From Octopus bimaculoides (lineage: Eukaryota), in NCBI RefSeq assembly GCF_001194135.2, contig NC_068990.1, positions 15,928,320-15,965,604 of the forward strand: DNA of 37,285 bases, read 5' to 3'. The position numbers and the translations under genes are program-made. Shown here piece after piece: positions 1 through 12,344 of the stretch. The notes below the pieces were generated by a model. The model saw only the letters and a list, made by a program, of their open reading frames with translations. It was not told the origin of the DNA and made no database searches. Numbering within the stretch: the first letter of the stretch is position 1; each line of letters begins with the position of its first letter.

Positions 1-263
1 TATATATATATATATATCTATATATATATGTATGTATGTGTGTATGTGTTTGTGTGTCTGTGTTTGTCCCCCCCCCCAACATCGCTTGACAAGCGATGCT
101 GGTGTGTTTATGTCCCCGTAACTTAGCGGTTCGGCAAAAGAGACCGATAGAATAAGTACTAGGCTTCTAAAGAATAAGTCCTGGGGTCGATCTGCTCGAC
201 TAAAGGCGGTGCTCCAGCATGGCCACAGTCAAAAGACTGAAACAAGTAAAAGAGTAAAAGAGT
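1..263 (+). mobile_element. 3' half of a tRNA-derived CORE-like SINE (octopus-type), starting in its internal (TA)n/(TG)n tract
   Basis: Same sequence as the reverse complement of the full-length copy at 30608-30980 (gtaacttagcggttcggcaaaagagaccgatagaataagtactaggctt...gactgaaacaagtaaaagagtaaaagagt); ends in an AAAGAGT tandem tail. Confidence 0.85.
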
Positions 264-464
264 AAATATGTAGATACATACATACATACATATGTGCGTG
301 CTTGTGTGTGTGTGTGTATGTGTGTGTGTGTGTGTGATTCTATGCATCAGGAATACAACAAACCAATTATAGGTTCACTGAGAAACCCGTAGCTAACCGA
401 CGCTATTGTTCACAAACAGCATTGCAGAGCAAAACACAAACATTGTGTTTTGCCGACTCCCAAC

Positions 465-2225
465 TCTACCATCACCATCACCAGACGCCGACGGCTGCCA
501 CCACCACCACCACCACCGTCATTNNNNNNNNNNNNNNNNNNNNNNNNNNNNNNNNNNNNNNNNNNNNNNNNNNNNNNNNNNNNNNNNNNNNNNNNNNNNN
601 NNNNNNNNNNNNNNNNNNNNNNNNNNNNNNNNNNNNNNNNNNNNNNNNNNNNNNNNNNNNNNNNNNNNNNNNNNNNNNNNNNNNNNNNNNNNNNNNNNNN
701 NNNNNNNNNNNNNNNNNNNNNNNNNNNNNNNNNNNNNNNNNNNNNNNNNNNNNNNNNNNNNNNNNNNNNNNNNNNNNNNNNNNNNNNNNNNNNNNNNNNN
801 NNNNNNNNNNNNNNNNNNNNNNNNNNNNNNNNNNNNNNNNNNNNNNNNNNNNNNNNNNNNNNNNNNNNNNNNNNNNNNNNNNNNNNNNNNNNNNNNNNNN
901 NNNNNNNNNNNNNNNNNNNNNNNNNNNNNNNNNNNNNNNNNNNNNNNNNNNNNNNNNNNNNNNNNNNNNNNNNNNNNNNNNNNNNNNNNNNNNNNNNNNN
1001 NNNNNNNNNNNNNNNNNNNNNNNNNNNNNNNNNNNNNNNNNNNNNNNNNNNNNNNNNNNNNNNNNNNNNNNNNNNNNNNNNNNNNNNNNNNNNNNNNNNN
1101 NNNNNNNNNNNNNNNNNNNNNNNNNNNNNNNNNNNNNNNNNNNNNNNNNNNNNNNNNNNNNNNNNNNNNNNNNNNNNNNNNNNNNNNNNNNNNNNNNNNN
1201 NNNNNNNNNNNNNNNNNNATCGTGGATGTAGGGACAAGATAAAGACCTGGAACCTTCTTTCTTTTTCATCTGACATCATTATCGCAGTAATAATAGTCGT
1301 CGTCATCATCATCATCATCGTCATCATCATCATCATCATCATCATCACTCCCACCATACATATTATCAATCATCACCAACAACATCACAAGCAAACGTGT
1401 AAGCTTCTTTGCCATGCTAGAAATAACAGCTAGACCTACTTCAAATTATATGCTGGCAGCTTAAAAGGGCCAAGTGTACCTTTGATAATGTAATCCTAGA
1501 TACACGATGCTTGCAAAAAAGATGGCATGGTTATGGTTGGAATGCCTTTAATCAGAGGTTTCCCTCTTACAGAGTTGGCCAGCAGCTAAACATCATCAGC
1601 AGTCCCACTACCAAAATTATTTGGTTACTTATTATAATTTTCATTATCATTATGATCTTCATCACCACAACTGCCACCTACATCACATCCCTCCTCCTCC
1701 TTGTCATTGTCATCACTGTTATCATCATCATCATCATCATCATAATCCTCGTTGTAATCATAATAATTACCATCACTAACATAATCGTCATCGTCATCAC
1801 CATTATTGCCATCATCCTCATCCTCATTGTCATTGTTGTAGTTGTTGTCATCACTATCATCATCATTGTAGTCACCACCATCAGCAGCAGTAGCAGTAGG
1901 AACTTCATCACCATTATCATTGTCATCACCATCATAATCATTATCATTGTTGTTATTATTACTATCATCATCATCATCATCAACAAGAGCACAATAAGAA
2001 TATCATCACCAATCAATTAGGACAACAGCAGTAAAATGACATCCACAAATTCCTTGCTACCACTACCACCATCTACCTCACCACCACTGCTGCTGACACC
2101 ACAGTAGCACCAACTAACCACGACCACAACCACCAACACTGTCATCACCACCATCATCAATACCAGCACCATGACCACCACCAACAACCACTACCCCACC
2201 ACCACCAACCATGGCCACTATGGCA
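465..2225. repeat. (CAT)n/(CAC)n low-complexity trinucleotide tracts interrupted by a gap and a short dispersed repeat (about 1400-1590)
   Basis: Degenerate catcat/caccac runs at 465-523, 1275-1390 and 1590-2225; they generate the poly-I/V, poly-M and poly-H/T ORFs. Confidence 0.9.
524..1218. other. Assembly gap (695 N)
   Basis: Run of N. Confidence 1.
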
Positions 2226-2822
2226 ACTAATGGGAGTTAAGAAAAAAATATATTTCCACTCAAATGTCAGAACCATTATTTGCTATGTGACACGCATTAT
2301 GCGAAGTACAGGGTCTGGTTTTTTTTTTTTTTGGCTGTCTTTATTTTCTCATTTGCATCCACTCACCATCATACCTGAACACCAATCTCTTCTCACCTCC
2401 ACACCTTATTCCTACAAATGTCTAGTCATTCACCCTCAAACAACCAATTCCATTGCTGCTGCCTCCATCGCAATGGCAACCATACCATAGAACCCTTTGC
2501 TGCCTCAGATGTGCTTTTACATATGTGAATCCTTCAGTAATGCGGATTTAATCATATCCTGCTCATCTATCTATCTATCTATCTGCCTTCCTCTCTCTCT
2601 CTTATCTATGTGTATATATATATATATTTATATATATATATATGATCATTTGACAGTATAAAGATAAGAGTTACAAATAGTTTCTTGGTGTGAAGACATG
2701 TGGCTAGGTAGGTTTTTATAACATGCCTTGTACCTCCAAGTGCTCTTCAGGCTCTGAGCACATGGTCTGTTCAATATATATATACCTGTGCATATGTATA
2801 TCCATACATAAGATATATATAT

Positions 2823-2965
2823 ATATTATTACAAATTTGGGATTTTACCAATAGAGCCGCAACTCCTATTCGAGGATAACCTTATTGTATGGAATACACA
2901 CAGATAGGTTATCCTGAAATAGGAGTTGCGGTTCTATTGGTAAAATCCCAAATTTGTAATAATAT
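2823..2965. mobile_element. 143-bp palindromic MITE-like element, superfamily unassigned
   Basis: 60-bp arms 2823-2882 and 2906-2965 are reverse complements at 57/60, 23-bp spacer; sits in TA-rich sequence. Confidence 0.7.
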
Positions 2966-3079
2966 TATAAATGATACTGTTTACATTGCTTTAGTAAAGT
3001 GTAAAATAGTAAATGTCCTGATAACCTGGAATACTTATTATTCCCTAAGATTTTAAAAATATTCTTATATATATATATA

Positions 3080-3520
3080 NNNNNNNNNNNNNNNNNNNNN
3101 NNNNNNNNNNNNNNNNNNNNNNNNNNNNNNNNNNNNNNNNNNNNNNNNNNNNNNNNNNNNNNNNNNNNNNNNNNNNNNNNNNNNNNNNNNNNNNNNNNNN
3201 NNNNNNNNNNNNNNNNNNNNNNNNNNNNNNNNNNNNNNNNNNNNNNNNNNNNNNNNNNNNNNNNNNNNNNNNNNNNNNNNNNNNNNNNNNNNNNNNNNNN
3301 NNNNNNNNNNNNNNNNNNNNNNNNNNNNNNNNNNNNNNNNNNNNNNNNNNNNNNNNNNNNNNNNNNNNNNNNNNNNNNNNNNNNNNNNNNNNNNNNNNNN
3401 NNNNNNNNNNNNNNNNNNNNNNNNNNNNNNNNNNNNNNNNNNNNNNNNNNNNNNNNNNNNNNNNNNNNNNNNNNNNNNNNNNNNNNNNNNNNNNNNNNNN
3501 NNNNNNNNNNNNNNNNNNNN
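3080..3520. other. Assembly gap (441 N) inside a (TA)n microsatellite
   Basis: Run of N flanked by tatata on both sides. Confidence 1.
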
Positions 3521-3521
3521 N

Positions 3522-3583
<62 letters not shown>

Positions 3584-3996
3584 ATACATATATAGATAGG
3601 ATACATACACACACACATTCACAAACACACACGCACACCTAATTACATATGTGTACAGGTATATATACACCCACCCACCTCTACACACACATGTCTGTAT
3701 GGATGTATATACAAATGGTAAACACTAAGAAAAATGACAGAGAAATGTAGAAGAAATGGCAGACTAATACTGGTAAAAAAAGGTACAAAGTAATAGTGGG
3801 AAAAAATGATTGAAGGTAACAAATAAACAGCAGTTGAAAGAAATACTGGAGAAACATGGTAGAATTTAAAGAATAAAATAAAGGAAACAGAAAGAGAATT
3901 GTCAAAATAAAGAAAAGAAATAAGGTAAAGATTATGTGATTAAGAAGAATGGTAGAAAGAGTTTCAAAAGATGTAAAAATAATGTTAACTATTTTT

Positions 3997-4552
3997 TTGG
4001 ATAGTCAGATAAATTTATTCAATTTTTATATCCCCGTTTATTTTATTCTTTATTTTTCATCAACAACTTTTTAAAAATCTGTCGATTTTCCTTCATTCTT
4101 CATGACTTCTTTCCAACGTTCCATTAGTTAATGGATTGGCTTGGATCCTCATAGTGAGTTAGTTCAATCAACCTTCTTTCAACTAAACATGTTGGCCAGA
4201 ACACCAAGTATAGTCTTTCAGTAACAGTGCCTTCTCCATACACAGCACAAATATCTCAAGTGGCTTTGACAGCTCTGGAACCTTGATTTCAAGCAAACAA
4301 CCAGGTGTCAAAAATGCCCATTCTTTTCTACTTGGTACTTCATCATCGTATATCTGAAAAGAGGTAAAATTAATTCAAATTTCAAAAACAATAAACAAAA
4401 GTTGTAGAGAAAGAACAGAGCTACAAAAAAAACCCCCATAAAACACGAGCATAAAAATATTTTTTGTATTAATTCAAATAACTTTGGAAATGATTAAAAT
4501 AAATGCCCCACCACTATCACCAAATCAAATGAATTTATCTGACAACCAATAT
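3997..4552 (-). mobile_element. Internally deleted, degenerate mariner transposon
   Basis: Minus strand reads MMKYQVEKNGHF*HL / FA*NQGSRAVKAT*DICAVYGEGTVTER (mariner N-terminal HTH region) joined to KLMERWKEVMKNEGK (mariner C-terminus); imperfect TIRs ttggatagtcagataaatttatt (3997) and gaatttatctgacaaccaata (4531-4551). Confidence 0.8.
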
Positions 4553-5336
4553 ATAATATAAATATTTTAAATAAGGAAATGATAGGTGAATGATTTCATT
4601 GTGAGAATATTTTTGACAAAGCTGTGGTTATTTATTGTAGATAAAATGTAAATCTATGATTTCCTTCTTGAAGTATTTTCCTAATTTTTTTCTTCCTTTA
4701 CTGAGAATATTTCCTGTTTTTTTTTTCTCTTTTCTTATCAGATCATTTCCTCCTCTTGTTAAGTTTATTCTGTTTTTCCTCAGGCTGTGTATATTATGTT
4801 CATATATCTATGTGAGTGTGTGTATGTGTGTGTGTGTTGGCTTGTGTAGCGTCTGTGTGTTTGTGTGTGCATGTTTGGTTGTGTGTATGAATGTTTGTGT
4901 GTGTGTTTGGTTGTGCATGTGTTGGTGTTTGTGTGTTTATTTTTGTTTGTATATGTGTGCATGTTTGTTCTGTGCGGCATGTGTATGAAGGTGTATACAT
5001 GCATATATACATAAATATCGGGAAGTGGAACTATTACGGAAATCAAAGAATAGAGAATTGTGGCAGGACATGATCGCCTGTCCTACATTCTGGACATAGC
5101 ACCAAAACAAGAAGGTAGGGCAGCACACCCCTTTCTGCCCACACTTTCCTCTTTTCTGAGTGAAACTAGTAAAAGGGGTGGTGTGTAGGAGCATACTTCT
5201 GTTGGCTGAGAATGTAGCCAATGGGAGAGGGTGCTTGCACATGGTAGTCAGGGCCATTGAGTTTTTGTGGAGTTACTTCAATAGGCCCTATGCAGTCAAC
5301 CTTTCTGTTGGGAACTTTTAGTTTTAGTTAGATACA

Positions 5337-5560
5337 GGCATGGCTCTGTAGTTAAGAAGTTTGCTTTGCAATCACATTGTTTCAGGTTCAGTTTCACTGC
5401 ACTGCACCTCGGACAAATGTCTTCTACTGTTGCTTAGGGCAGACCAGTGCCTTGTGAGTGAATTTGGTAGATGCAAAACTATGTGGAAGCCCCTTGTGTG
5501 TGTGTGTGTGTGCGTGTTTGTCTTTGAGTTTGTTTCACTACCTCTTGACCATCGGTGTTG
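5337..5560 (+). mobile_element. Degenerate CORE-like SINE, 5' part
   Basis: tRNA-like head (ggctctgtagttaagaag...ggttcagtttcactgc) then gcacctcggacaaatgtcttctact and ccttgtgagtgaatttggtag, as in the other copies. Confidence 0.75.
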
Positions 5561-6021
5561 GTTTTTTTTGCGTCCCCATTACATAGTAGGTCCTGGAAAG
5601 GGACCAGTAGTTGTAGTGATAGTAGTACTGGTGGTAGTATAAAAATATCCACTGTCCCCCAAAGGGGAGTACTGTACACTTTGAGAAGTGCTGTTCTACC
5701 CAGTCGCTCATCCTACTAGAAATAGCAACCAAAGTTCTTTCATATCACACACTGTCACATTATAACAAGAAGGATGTAAATCCTCCATGTGAGAAAAGAA
5801 ACCCAGAAGACAACCATGCTGGAGCACCATCAAAAGGAATTTTAATTTATCACATTGATCCAGACTTTTAATTTCAGCATGATGCTTATTTCCTCGGTTA
5901 CTATTTATCAAATTGTTAAGTTACATCACTTTTTGACACAAGACTATTTTACAAAACGCATACATTCAAATATATATACATACGCCCCCAAATATGCAAA
6001 TATATGTGTGTGCGTGTAATG

Positions 6022-6100
<79 letters not shown>

Positions 6101-7414
6101 CAGAGAGAGAAAGAAAGAAAGATGTTTTTCATGCTGTTCTTAAGTTTATTTATCTAAAACCCACTCCCAGGCCGTGTGGTTCCATCACTTACTTCAAACT
6201 TCCATGTTTCCGCAAATATTGCTTTAAAACGAGCCTGTACAATCACAATGTTGCCTGTGATATATTTTAGGGCAGGAAATCCTGTTTTATTTCTCACACT
6301 AGAGAGTTACAATTAGGGTAGGTAACAGAATGATAGAGAGTTACTAAACCAGCCATGTATTCCCAGTGGGTTCTCACACAACTACTTCCTTTCATGTTAG
6401 CTTTGTATATTCATTATAAACACTCTGTTTAAAAAGAATAATGTAAACACATATTTACCGTTTATTCTAGTTTACTCATCATTAAAATAGAAATAAAAGT
6501 TTAGATTTTTATTGTTATTACATTACCTCTCCAGAATTAGATACCATTGCAAGTCACTGGTCACCATTTCTTTGTCTTAAACTCTTTGTTTCCTCTCTAT
6601 GGCCCCTTCTCCAAGACCTTACTTGAAACAACAAATGCAGACAATACTGCTTATGGTAGTAGTCAGTCCTTTATCCTTGTGACAATAAATGGATCTTTAC
6701 TGATTTGTTTATCGTGTCCTAGCTCTAAACCCTAACCCTACGACTTACATTGATTCAAACACCTGGCTTAAAACAGGAAACTGATGGCAAATGAATGCTG
6801 CCGCATTGGAAATAGATGACCAGTATGACTTCCTGTATGTCGATAATGAAAGCTTTTGGTTGTGTAAAATTTCTAACTTTAAACATTTTTATTGGTAATT
6901 TTAATCAGAAATTAATGTGATTTTCATAAGTAGCATGCAAAACTATATTGGCAAAGTTAATTTGGGGAAAAAATGAGACCTGCAAATGAAACAACAATGA
7001 TCTCAATAACTATTATCATCACAAACATGGTATCTTATTAGAAACATGAGGTTTAATCCTCTAAACCTCTATAATCAAAGTCATTTTACTATTGAAGCCT
7101 AGTTTAAGACAGAAAAATGATGACAAGTGATGCTGCTATGGAGGTGAGACTTCTGCTATGCTGACAGTAGAGGCTTCTGATTGGTTAGAAACTTCAAACT
7201 TCAAAGGTTTGTAACGTTTTTATAATAGATTTGCAGAAAAAAAAAACAACAAACAAATGTGATTTTCACAATTAACATGCAAAATTACACCAACCTAGAG
7301 AAAATGGGACACTGTGAAGGCAGCAATAAAGATTCAGGCATCTTTTGTCATCAGAAGCATAGGACCTTATTTATCACAAATATAGGATCCTTGATTCAAG
7401 CAAACCTCTATGAC

Positions 7415-7550
7415 CAAGTACACACTCACAAGACATTGGTCAGCTCGAAGCTATAGTAGAAGACAGTTGCCCAAGGTGTTATGTAGTAGGGCTGAATCTG
7501 GAACCATGTGGTTGGGAAAGCAAACTTCTTACCACACAGCCCAAACCATT
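7415..7550 (-). mobile_element. CORE-like SINE head fragment
   Basis: gctatagtagaagacagttgcccaaggtg...ggaaccatgtggttgg...cttaccacacagcc, matching 30840-30980. Confidence 0.8.
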
Positions 7551-7724
7551 GGTTATAATAACAATTGTATGTATATATCTCTGTTGGTTATATATAACCA
7601 TTAGTCAATCAGAACTTAAACAAGAACAACAATTAACATGTGTTTGTGACCTCCTGTGGGCTTGGGGGCCAAAATAGAAATATGAAGTGTTAATCTATCT
7701 TTCAGTTCTACCAACGGAACCTCC

Positions 7725-8000
7725 ACCACTGCTCTGATTACTACTACTACTACGCCTACTTCCACTCACTCCTACCGCTGTCACCACTATCATCACCACC
7801 ACCATCACTACTATTATTACCACCCTCATTACCGACAACTACTCCTACCACTGCCATCACTCTCACCGTCTTCACAACCACTACCATCATCATCACCACC
7901 ACCACCACCATTACCAACAACTACTACCACTGACACCTTTACTGCCACCCCACCCTACCACTAACAATGGCTACCACAAATGCTACCGCCATCACCGTCA
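7725..8000. repeat. (CAC/CTA)n low-complexity tract
   Basis: Degenerate caccac/ctacta runs. Confidence 0.85.
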
Positions 8001-8657
8001 TGAGCCCCCCCCCCCACAAGAAAAATTTAGTAAAGCAGAACATAACTGCTTTTGGGCCTCAGGTGATGTTGGGGGTATCCCCTACATGTTTAAAAGAGCT
8101 AGAGTTTTGTTTTTTCCTTTCAAGGGAAGGTCCTATCAGATAATAAGTCTCCTCCTTGGCTCTACAGGTCGCCCACCAATGTACCAGCTGACCCATCAAT
8201 TTCTACACCTTGACTGTCACCGTTTCACAAAGTAATCCAATGATGATGATGATGATGATGACGGGATGCTGCTGCTGATGGTACACATAGTTACTAAGTA
8301 AATGGGTGGAACTTCTATAGTCCGATCCTTTCAGTAAAGAAATAGTTTTTATGACATCCAAATAAAACGTTAAGTGTGAACATGATTCGCTCGATTTCAG
8401 GAGTATAAGAAAAGAAAACTTCACCCCATTACAAAAGATGCCATTTGAAAATTTCGATAAATGACTGATTAAATTTTTTTTTTGTTTCATTGTTTTATTT
8501 AATAGCTTAAATAAAACAGGATGTTTTGATCACACACTTGTAATACCATTTACCATTATACAAATTGTGCTATCGTAGTAAGTCGTATATATATGTAATA
8601 AACGACTCAAAATAAATAAAAGCTGGTCAATTTGTTTGATAACACGGTATTAACATA

Positions 8658-9056
8658 TATTGGGTTGTCAGATAAAGTCATTCGTTTTTTTTTTTCATCC
8701 CCTATATATTTTAATCCTTTGTGGGTGTGTGGTTAAGAAACTTCCTTCTCAACCAGGTAGTCTTGGGTTCAGTCCTACTCCGTGGCACCTTGGGCAAATG
8801 TCTTCTACTATAGCTCTGAACTAACTAAAGTCTTGCAAACGGATTTGATAGTTGGAACCCAGAAACGTAAAGTGCCAGAAGAAATGTCACCAGGCATTTT
8901 GCTCACCGCTTTGACAATTTTAAGTGCAACATAACACGCACCTTCATAGTTAGACCCCTCCCACATATATATGACACAAATAAGTGCTATAAAAATATTT
9001 TTCGTATTAATTTAAATAACATAAGGAAGAAATGAATGAATTTACTTGACATCTAA
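8658..9056. mobile_element. Probable mariner-derived non-autonomous remnant interrupted by a SINE
   Basis: tattgggttgtcagataaagtcattc (8658-8683) resembles the TIR at 4531-4551; 8970-9056 (ataaaaatatttttcgtattaatttaaataac...gaatttacttgacatctaa) resembles 4445-4550. Confidence 0.5.
8722..8860 (+). mobile_element. CORE-like SINE head fragment
   Basis: gtgtgtggttaagaaac...gggttcagtcctactccgtggcaccttgggcaaatgtcttctactatagc. Confidence 0.8.
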
Positions 9057-9176
9057 ATTTGTAATTTTATAATTCATCTATTTTTTTAACGTACTAGAAA
9101 GGCAACATATACTTTAAAGATTATTTATAAATATGAAAATATACAACTACATAATTTTATTTATTTATTATATTTC

Positions 9177-9667
9177 GGCGGAGGTAAAGGACATGGACTG
9201 CATCCACTTTCGGTTTAAAAAAAAAATTTTTTTTTTGCTTTTGTTTTCTACAGAAACCTACTTTTCCGACTGCGAAGATTCCGAATCTGCAAAAAAAAAT
9301 CGGCATTTCAAAATTTCATTCCACCCCCCACCCCCAATTTTTCACTTTTTTAAGAAATTTTTTTTGGCAAAAAATACGTAGAAAAATATGGAGATTATGA
9401 TTCTGAAAAAAAAAAAAAAATTTTGTAAAATTTCAATTTTTCAAAACGAAAAATAATAAACACCCCTTTCCTCCTACTAAAATAGCAGACATAAAGATAT
9501 CTAAACAGAAAACTCAACATGGTGTGTATATGTGGGGGGGGGGGGAATTAAAATTTTGAAATGCCGATTTTTTTGTAGATTCGGAATCTCTACAGTCGAA
9601 AAAGTAGGTTTCTGTAGATAAAAAAAAAAAACGAAAAGGAGTGTGGTCCATGTCCTTTACCTCCGCC
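9177..9667. mobile_element. 491-bp MITE with long GG-terminated TIRs and 8-bp TSD, probably Merlin superfamily
   Basis: Terminal 22 bp GGCGGAGGTAAAGGACATGGAC are perfectly inverted (9177-9198, 9646-9667); inverted similarity continues about 150 bp (tctacagaaacctactttt.cgactg, gattccgaatct, cggcatttcaaaattt); flanks tatatttc (9169-9176) and tacatttc (9668-9675) match 7/8. Confidence 0.8.
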
Positions 9668-10660
9668 TACATTTCTTTCGTATTTAAAGTAGGTTTGAAA
9701 TGCACAACATTTTCTTTCATCAAATTGTTCCAAGATATCAAAAAAAGGGAAACAAAACGAATGAAAATTATGACATCCGGTTTTTTGATAATGGTGGCTT
9801 CCGATTGGCTAAAATTTTTGATAAAATTAATTCGTATGTCAAAGTAGTGACATTTCCTCTGAGCTCAAATTCTTTAGAGGCTGACTTTCCCTTTTATACT
9901 TCTGGGGGTCGATAAAATAAAGTATCAGTCAGGTATTGGGGTTGATATAATCGACTAACCCACTCCCAAAAAACTGGTAGCCTTGTACCAAAATTTGGAA
10001 AGGGAAAAAAATTGCGATTTTCGTAAATTACCAAGCAAATTTGAAAAATTTGAAAAAACAAATCGGGCATTGAACGAAACGGCAAATATCCGAAATCAGG
10101 ATAGTAGATAGACGAAACTAAATACTGTCAAACATTTAATCTGGTATTTTGCCATTTGTTATACTATACCACTCTGAACCAGTCTCCCATTATATCTCTA
10201 TATCCACCAGACGCAAACGACAGAAGAGGGTTAGGGGAAAAAGAGATAATGTTTATCCAGTTTTCTGTGAACAAAGGGAAACACATCAACAATAGCAAGA
10301 ACAACAACAAGAATAATTGTCTATTGCCTCGAAGAAAACTCAAAACTTCACTTAAAGTTTTTTTTTCTCTCCCTTTTTTTTTTGTCTGTTAGTCTTTTTT
10401 TTTTCTCCAAGACATTCTTCTCTCCCGTATCTCTGTTTACATGTTGTCTGGTTTACAAAAGGTTATAAGAAGAGGGAAGCTAATTTTACCAGGTTTTATC
10501 TTGCCACAACATCTCTGTGTCTGTCTGTCTCGGGACATTAGGGTTAGTGAGGGCTGCATTACAAACATCTAGATTCATACATCACATCCTGGATACTGAG
10601 AAAATGTATTCAAAGCGCCATAAGTAAAATCTCTAGACAATAACAAAAATTAAAAAAAAA

Positions 10661-10882
10661 GGCATACCTAAACCATTTTGTTCACCCCCACCCGAATTGT
10701 TTCCTCATAACTTCCAGAAAAACTGATATTTTTATACGAAATTTTCTATGAATACGCTTCAGATAGTGTAGATTCTGGTTTACACCTTCTGTAGTATGTT
10801 TGTAGGAAATTTCATTAAAAAAATCTTTCTGAAAGTTATGAGGAAACAAAGTCGTGGGGGGACACACTTGTGTAAGTATGCC
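10661..10882. mobile_element. 222-bp degenerate palindromic MITE-like element with GG termini
   Basis: Ends ggcatac (10661) and gtatgcc (10882); core ttgtttcctcataacttccagaaa (10697-10720) matches the reverse complement of 10826-10849 at 23/24. No TSD visible. Confidence 0.55.
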
Positions 10883-11466
10883 AACACATGCATACATACA
10901 TACACACATACATACATCTGCCCTATATAAATTGGATTTTTGTATTCTACATCTCAAAACCCTGAAAAAATGTTTTAAGATATGTTTTTTTTTTCATATC
11001 ACCAACCATCATTATTTTCGTTATTTTTCATCATGTCCAGATTTCATCATTTTATTGTATTCCACATTCTGAAATACTTATAATTCGCATTTTCTTTTTA
11101 AAAAATTGTATCTGCACCCTTCGTCGTATCTTGCAGATTTTAAATGATTTTTTTTTTTTTTTTTGCTTGTTTGGCTGGGTTTCAAGTGTTTCAGAATGTG
11201 CAATGCAATAAAATAACGAAATTTGGGTGAAACAACAAATAACGAAAGTAGTGATGGCTGTTGTCATATAAACAGCATAGATTAAAACTTATTTCTTTGA
11301 AGTTTTTCCTTTATTGTTTTGAAGTGTAAAATAAAAGAGAGAGAGAGAGAAAATACCGACAAAAGTGAAAATTTCAACTTACGTAAGATATCTTTTTCGA
11401 AAGTCTCCCGAAGTTAGTGTTACATCGAGTGATGCTATTTTAATGTTATTAAAGATATATTTAAAC

Positions 11467-11673
11467 GGTACTACTAAAGCAGCGCGGACCCGAACGCGCA
11501 GTCGCGCGTCCGCGCTAGCTAGTCTTGAGTGGTCGATCCTAACCCTAACCCTAACCCTAACCCGCGTGTGCAAATGAATACGTGTTTAGGGTTAGGGTTA
11601 GGATCGACCACTCACGACTAGCTAGCGCGGACGCGCGACTGCGCCTTCGAGTCCGCGCTGCTTTAGTAGTACC
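11467..11673. mobile_element. 207-bp Merlin-family MITE whose TIRs carry telomeric repeats
   Basis: 88-bp TIRs 11467-11554 and 11586-11673 (85/88), GGTAC termini, perfect 9-bp TSD TATTTAAAC (11458-11466, 11674-11682); shares a 33-bp subterminal block (31/33) with the transposase-bearing element at 13790-14492. Confidence 0.9.
11538..11602. repeat. Divergent telomeric repeats: cctaa(ccctaa)3ccc, 22-bp spacer, (ttaggg)2ttagg
   Basis: Read directly at 11538-11563 and 11586-11602. Confidence 0.95.
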
Positions 11674-12344
11674 TATTTAAACCGAGTAAATGGTCAAGTT
11701 AGATGGAGGTCTGGAATAGGTCGCCCGCATAAGTTGGATTTTCTCCGTTTTGACGGGGAATTTTTCAAATGTTTTTACATCTTGCATTTCAAATGATGGG
11801 GGGAGGGGTATGAAAAACTTTTTCAAAATCTATGATTTTTTTCCTCCTTTCCAGGGGCCTTCAGGGCGGATTTTTTCAAATTTGTTTTTGCACCAAGCTT
11901 ACCCTCACGACAGTGATCACGATTACAATTCTTCCACTTTTTTTAAAGAAAATTAAACGCAAGCAGAATGAAATTTAAAAACAATAATGAAACCATATTG
12001 GAAACTTTCTTTATTTTCATATATAACATATGAACATGTACATCTTTTAGAACATTGTCATTTTATAAGATTTTGCTGACAAATTCTTAAATTAACGTAA
12101 ACATTTATTTGCAGGAAAGAAAATTACAGGAGAACTATATTCTAATTCATCCAAATCTTTTTGCTAAAATTGCATTGAAACCATTTGTGGGGAATTAAAA
12201 TTTTTTTTTATCACTGATACATCTTTACTTAATGATACTGAAAATAAAATATAACCAAGTAAAACTTATTCTGAATCTCCAACTCATTACTGTATCATTT
12301 CTGTTGAATACATTTGTCTTAAAAAAAAAAAAAAAGATGCCGCA

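Noticed and set aside
406-1433. Long ORFs in the track here and at 2965-3688 and 25685-26671
   Set aside because: They span N-gaps; length is an artefact.
1511-2020. 169-aa hydrophobic ORF resembling a membrane protein, and its poly-Met antisense ORF
   Set aside because: Translation of a degenerate (CAT)n tract; no domain signal.
6727-6746. aaccctaaccctacgact, resembling both telomeric repeat and Merlin TIR interior
   Set aside because: About two units with no flanking TIR sequence; compatible with chance. Same for aaccctaacct near 18985.
11538-11602. Relic chromosome end or telomere fusion site
   Set aside because: Only 3-4 units per side, orientation opposite to an end-to-end fusion, and enclosed by TIRs and a TSD.
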